DNA of 39,253 bases, taken from NCBI GenBank assembly GCA_040756235.1, contig JBFLZG010000015.1, forward strand, positions 1-39,253. Reading direction: 5' to 3'. Below, one piece after another: positions 35,177 to 39,253 of this stretch (its first letter is position 1; the number at the start of each line of letters is the position of its first letter). This DNA is from a bacterium. Its GTDB lineage: Bacteria; Desulfobacterota; DSWW01. The notes under the pieces were generated by a model. The model worked only from the letters and a program-made list of their open reading frames with translations. It ran no database searches and was not told where the DNA came from. A program made the position numbers and the translations under genes.

Positions 35177-36481
35177 CTATTTGCAGAGTTTCTGGAATCC
35201 TGCCAAGGAGTACGTGTTCCTGTCCTGGATGGCGTAACATATGTTGATGAGATCGGGCGTGACGCAGCTCAGGATCGTTCCGTGGTCGGCCCGGTCATCC
35301 ACCGTGACCATCATCGGGCTCAGAAAGTAGCGGATCTTCTTGTCCGTGCTTTCAGCAGCCGTCCAGGACAGGACGATGGCCTTCCAGTAGACATCCGCCC
35401 GGTCGGTGATGACCTTGTAATACACCAGGTACGGGACCTCCGCATCCACCCACAGGGTCTGCCTCCCGTAGTTGTAGTAAGGATCTCTGGGCTTGAACTC
35501 CAGGAGCAGCACATCCCGCTTCACCCAGGCCAGGTTGGTCGGCGCCCAGGGTGCCCCCTTCCAGTCTTTTGCCTCGTATCCGTAGGTGATCTCCTTGATC
35601 GTCGGCGCCGACATCCACTCGCCCTTCTTGTTCTGCACCAGAGGCTGCGGATTCTCATCCAGGAAAGGCACTAGGGCCTCCCTCTTCTTCACGGGCATCC
35701 AGTCGACCGCGCTGATTTTCCCATCATAGCCGGCTGCATCATCGACGCACATGTCGGTCCCGAGGTAGGCATCCGACCGATTCGCCGGGCTCATCCGCCG
35801 CACCCTGCGGATCGCAGGAACGAAGGTGTAGGTCATGTCCTGCCGGTCATCCAGGTAGCGCCAGGTCAAGACATTGGTCCCTGCGATGTCATACGGGGCC
35901 ACCACCTGGACGATGGAGAATTTCTCGACCCGATCCGAGTTGTCTTCTTGGCCCGCCTGTGAATGCCCGATCATGGGATAAACCCAGAACGCCGCCTCCA
36001 CCTCCCGCTCGTACCCGGAACGGCCCACCCAGAGCGCCCTCATGGGGAAATGGAGGTTGCCCATGGTGTACCCGTAAGACATTCGGTTGTACATCACCCT
36101 GTACCCTGCCCTCGGCTCATTCAGATCGATCTCCGGAAAAGGAATCCCCTCGATGTGCTCGGGCGTCTCCCCCGTTGCCGCATCCACGATCAGTCCCTTC
36201 TCGTCGAGCCCATACTTCCCCTTGTTCAATTCAAAGGATCGCGCGGCCGCCTCGGGCCAGTAGTGGTTGGGGTCGTACTTCAGCTGCCCGATGTCCAATA
36301 CAAAGTCCCCTTTCTTCACCCAGCTCAACATGGGCTCGGGCAGCAGCTCTCGGGCCTTCTCCCAGCTCGTCCCGTCCACCACGTCCCGGGGCGCGACATC
36401 CGCTGCCTCAGCGACGGACCCGCAGACAAAGAGGAGTGCCAGACAGAACGTGATCCTTTTTACCCATGGCCGTCCTTCCAT
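35177..36481 (-). CDS. DUF1329 family periplasmic protein #3
   Basis: Signal peptide (…SVAEA/ADV), the same core motifs and the same C-terminus YSLAGFQKLCK. GGAGG RBS. Confidence 0.8.
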   Translation of the reverse strand: MEGRPWVKRITFCLALLFVCGSVAEAADVAPRDVVDGTSWEKARELLPEPMLSWVKKGDFVLDIGQLKYDPNHYWPEAAARSFELNKGKYGLDEKGLIVDAATGETPEHIEGIPFPEIDLNEPRAGYRVMYNRMSYGYTMGNLHFPMRALWVGRSGYEREVEAAFWVYPMIGHSQAGQEDNSDRVEKFSIVQVVAPYDIAGTNVLTWRYLDDRQDMTYTFVPAIRRVRRMSPANRSDAYLGTDMCVDDAAGYDGKISAVDWMPVKKREALVPFLDENPQPLVQNKKGEWMSAPTIKEITYGYEAKDWKGAPWAPTNLAWVKRDVLLLEFKPRDPYYNYGRQTLWVDAEVPYLVYYKVITDRADVYWKAIVLSWTAAESTDKKIRYFLSPMMVTVDDRADHGTILSCVTPDLINICYAIQDRNTYSLAGFQKLCK

Positions 36482-36560
36482 CTCTGCGCCTCCCTGGGTT
36501 GAACCTCTTCCTTCCGCTGTCATGCAGGCCGCCTCGTATCGCGCCGAACCATCCGCCATT

Positions 36561-36615
36561 AATTGGTCGGTCGACCGGTAAATTGATTGGTATCACTGCA
36601 GCGGTTTTTTGTCAA
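36561..36615 (-). promoter_or_regulatory. Promoter and palindromic operator upstream of DUF1329 #3
   Basis: Minus strand TTGACA-17-TACCAA, followed by AATTTACCGGTCGACCGACCAATT (perfect core CGGTCGACCG). Confidence 0.65.
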
Positions 36616-36826
36616 CGGAAAAAATTCAGGTCTGCAAAGGAACCTTCTGAATGGAAGAAATCCGTGGATTTCGTTGCCGGAAACCATGGGGGTCCAAGAG
36701 GTTTCGGCAGCCGCGCTCGCGGGCAGGCTCCCACCGGACCAAGGACATGAATCCGATGGGTTCGTTGCAGGAGGGGGCTCAGACAAGAGCGCGACCGTCG
36801 GGCTGGACACGCCGCCCCCCTTTGGA

Positions 36827-37504
36827 TCAGGAGCCGGTGCGTTTTTCGAGCGCCCGTGAACGCCTTCGTGGTTTTGCGGCACCCCCGGCAGGCCGTCTCC
36901 TTCTGGTCTTCTCCCGAAAATAAGTCTCGAAAATATCCCTCAGGAACCGGCTCAGGCTGTCCAGCGGAAGGGTCGGGTCCATGTTCCACATGACCGAGAT
37001 CCCTTCATACATGGCGGCCATGAGCGTGGCTACGGTCCGCGCCTCCTTGCGGGAAAGGCCGATCCCGTTGCTGCTCATGAGCCACTCGGCGGTCTTCTCC
37101 CGCAGGTCCTGCCACATGTCGGCAACGATCCTGCGAAGCCGCTCGTTGCGCTTGGCTTCTCCAAGCAAGTCGAAGTAGACGTTGACCGTTTCCCCATTCA
37201 CCACGCTTTCGCTGAAGGCGAAATCCACCATCTTCGGCAGGCGATCCTCGATGTGATCCTGCCAGATATCCTGGCTGAACAGAGTGGCGTAGAATTCCTC
37301 CAGCATCTTGGTTTGCACGAACTCCTCGATCATCTCCTCCCGACTCTTGAAATAGTGGTGGAGCATGCTGAGGGAGATGCCTGCTTCTCTTGCGATCTTC
37401 CTGTTGGAAGCACGGTACAGCCCTTCCCTGCGCGCACAGCGCAGGAAGGCATCGCAGATCTCCGCGCGCCGTTGCTTTGCGATGCTTTTCCTGCCGGGTG
37501 GCAT
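36827..37504 (-). CDS. TetR/AcrR family regulator #3
   Basis: RRAEICDAFLRCARREGLYRASNRKIAREAGISLSMLHHYFKSREE helix-turn-helix. Confidence 0.88.
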   Translation of the reverse strand: MPPGRKSIAKQRRAEICDAFLRCARREGLYRASNRKIAREAGISLSMLHHYFKSREEMIEEFVQTKMLEEFYATLFSQDIWQDHIEDRLPKMVDFAFSESVVNGETVNVYFDLLGEAKRNERLRRIVADMWQDLREKTAEWLMSSNGIGLSRKEARTVATLMAAMYEGISVMWNMDPTLPLDSLSRFLRDIFETYFREKTRRRRPAGGAAKPRRRSRALEKRTGS

Positions 37505-37604
37505 GTCGCTTCCCCTGCCCCGATGAGCCTGACCGTTCCGTCTCTACTTATCACATGATGAAGAGAATCGCCATGGCCCGGGGCGGAGACTCTTTCCCGG
37601 GCGC

Positions 37605-39050
37605 TCAAGCAGACCTGTATTTCCTGACAATGACGTCAAGCTGTTCCTGAACGGAAGCCGGGAGAGGCTCTGGTTTCGGAGCTGCCAGGATCCTCTGCAG
37701 GTCCTGGTCGATGATGTCCTCCAGGTCTTTCCGGCCCTCCTGCTCCCACGCCTCGAAAGTCTTGGAGGCGAAGTAGCGGATCTTGGAGATTTCCTTGCGG
37801 CAGTGGACGGCCGTGTGCATCTCGCCCAGGAAATCGCCGCCCGGACCGACCTTGTGCGTGACGTCGAGGGCCAGCGTCTCGTCGTCCACCCGGATCCCCC
37901 GCCAGAAGCGGCGCGCCATTCCGATCAGCTCGTGACAGAGCAGGAGGGCGTGCAGCGAGTAGGCCGCGGTCGCATCGAGGGAGCCGGAGTAGATGCAACA
38001 GGCGGGCTGGCTGAAAATGCCCGCCGTCATCGTGACGGCTGCGCCCAGGACGGCCTCCTGGTTGAACTGTTTGCCCATGTTGAGCCCGGCGTTGGCGTTG
38101 TGGATCGGCAGCCCGAAATGCTCCCCGATCTGATACTTGACCATTTCCGCCAGGGTGGACTCGTTGATCGCCCCCAGATTGCCGGTCGTGGGATCCATGA
38201 AGACAACGGTGAAGCCGACCATGCAGAAGGCGCCCTTCCGGAGCAGTTGGGTGAGCACGAGGGCCGCGAAGTCGGTGGCGAAGCAGTTGACGATGTTCCC
38301 TGCGATCGTGATCGGCGTGGAGGCGCCGCCGATGCTCCCGCCTCCGACGCCGACCGGAATGCCGCTTTCGACCGCCATCCGGATTTGATCGGTATGGTAT
38401 TTCGCATAGTAGAGCGGCAACTGGGTGATGCTGACGGCGAAGTAAGGCTTCTCCCGGAGCCGCTCCGAGCCGCCCCGGATGGCGGCGGCCATCTCGATGG
38501 CCGCCTGCAGGCAGAGCGGGGCCCCGAAGGAGGTTTCCACGGGCTTGGTGGTGTGGGCGGCCATGACGGCAAAGCCCTCGATTTCACCCGATATGTCCGG
38601 GTTTTCCGCGATCTTGAACGGGCCGGCCACCCCGTCGAAGTCCGGAAGCGCTTCCACCACGCGACTGTAGCGGGCCAGGTCTTCCCGGGTGCAGGACCTG
38701 CGCTCGCCCGTCTCCGTGTCGACGACCTGGTGGAGATAATTCGCCATGAAGGCGCTGTGGCGGGGGCTGAACTCGATGAAATCCGTGCCGGGCCGGTTCC
38801 ACATCCGCACGCTCTTGGCCGCGGAATCGATCGAGCCGCGTACCAGGTCGGTGGGGAACTTGACGATTCCTTTGGAGGAGACGTCGCAGCCGCCATCGGA
38901 AAAAGTATCCAGGACCCAGGGATCCGGATCGAACTTCACCCCGGTCTCGCGCATGACGTGAAAAATGGCATCGACGACTTTTCTCAAGTCCGTTTCAGAA
39001 AGAGGAGCATGGGGACGTGTGTTGTTTCGATAGTTCCTTGCCTGAGACAT
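37605..39050 (-). CDS. MttB-superfamily methyltransferase, non-pyrrolysine, #3
   Basis: Same family motifs (GGASTPITIAG, DDETLALDVTHKVGPGGDFL). GGAGGAG RBS. Confidence 0.88.
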   Translation of the reverse strand: MSQARNYRNNTRPHAPLSETDLRKVVDAIFHVMRETGVKFDPDPWVLDTFSDGGCDVSSKGIVKFPTDLVRGSIDSAAKSVRMWNRPGTDFIEFSPRHSAFMANYLHQVVDTETGERRSCTREDLARYSRVVEALPDFDGVAGPFKIAENPDISGEIEGFAVMAAHTTKPVETSFGAPLCLQAAIEMAAAIRGGSERLREKPYFAVSITQLPLYYAKYHTDQIRMAVESGIPVGVGGGSIGGASTPITIAGNIVNCFATDFAALVLTQLLRKGAFCMVGFTVVFMDPTTGNLGAINESTLAEMVKYQIGEHFGLPIHNANAGLNMGKQFNQEAVLGAAVTMTAGIFSQPACCIYSGSLDATAAYSLHALLLCHELIGMARRFWRGIRVDDETLALDVTHKVGPGGDFLGEMHTAVHCRKEISKIRYFASKTFEAWEQEGRKDLEDIIDQDLQRILAAPKPEPLPASVQEQLDVIVRKYRSA

Positions 39051-39068
39051 GCTCGTGACTCCTCCCTC

Positions 39069-39253
39069 TCATGGGACCGGCGCGGCGCCGTGCTGCGTCC
39101 TTGGCCGGCTTGCGGTGAGCCCGCGGTTCAGCAGCCAATCGCTCAGCAGAAAGGACTGCTTGTAGGCCTGGCATCCGACATAGGTGAGCGCAGCGGAGGG
39201 GACCCCCAGGAGCTTGCGGTCGATCAGGGGATTCTCGGTCAGCTCGGACCTCT
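39069..39253 (-). CDS. 3' end of a gene entering from the right; possibly a DAO/PuuB-like FAD oxidoreductase
   Basis: Open frame RSELTENPLIDRKLLGVPSAALTYVGCQAYKQSFLLSDWLLN…* ends just before the MttB #3 RBS. The family assignment rests only on C-terminal resemblance. Confidence 0.45.
   Translation of the reverse strand, partial: RSELTENPLIDRKLLGVPSAALTYVGCQAYKQSFLLSDWLLNRGLTASRPRTQHGAAPVP

Noticed and set aside
26619..39050. Pyrrolysine or selenocysteine recoding in MttB or redox genes
   Set aside because: All these ORFs are full length without internal TAG or TGA, and no pyl or sel genes are present in the window.

Overview
GC-rich bacterial DNA, most consistent with an anaerobic Deltaproteobacteria/Desulfobacterota-type organism (inferred from gene content and repeat types). 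Almost all genes lie on the minus strand. The left end holds a korDABC-type 2-oxoacid:ferredoxin oxidoreductase operon and marC. The remaining ~35 kb is a paralog-rich catabolic locus. It encodes one DUF1302 outer-membrane protein, three DUF1329 periplasmic proteins, four related amine-oxidase/HemY-fold flavoproteins, three M24 hydrolases and three pyrrolysine-free MttB-superfamily methyltransferases with one corrinoid protein. It also encodes two double-domain VOC proteins, an aldehyde:ferredoxin oxidoreductase with MoaD, an iron-sulfur flavoprotein, a saccharopine-dehydrogenase-like protein, two small Cys-motif paralogs, three TetR regulators and an embedded lrp-tdh-kbl unit. My best reading, which is inference, is an uncharacterised anaerobic uptake and degradation system for a family of lipophilic N-methylated amines or amides. 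Non-coding features visible in the sequence: duplicated promoter/operator cassettes, two copies of a MITE-like repeat (one nested and supplying a stop codon), a REP-like cluster inside the kor operon, a lower-GC insert and a relic MttB 3' end. No rRNA, tRNA, CRISPR array or transposase was seen. Start codons were adjusted by eye, and family calls come from motif recognition, not database searches.
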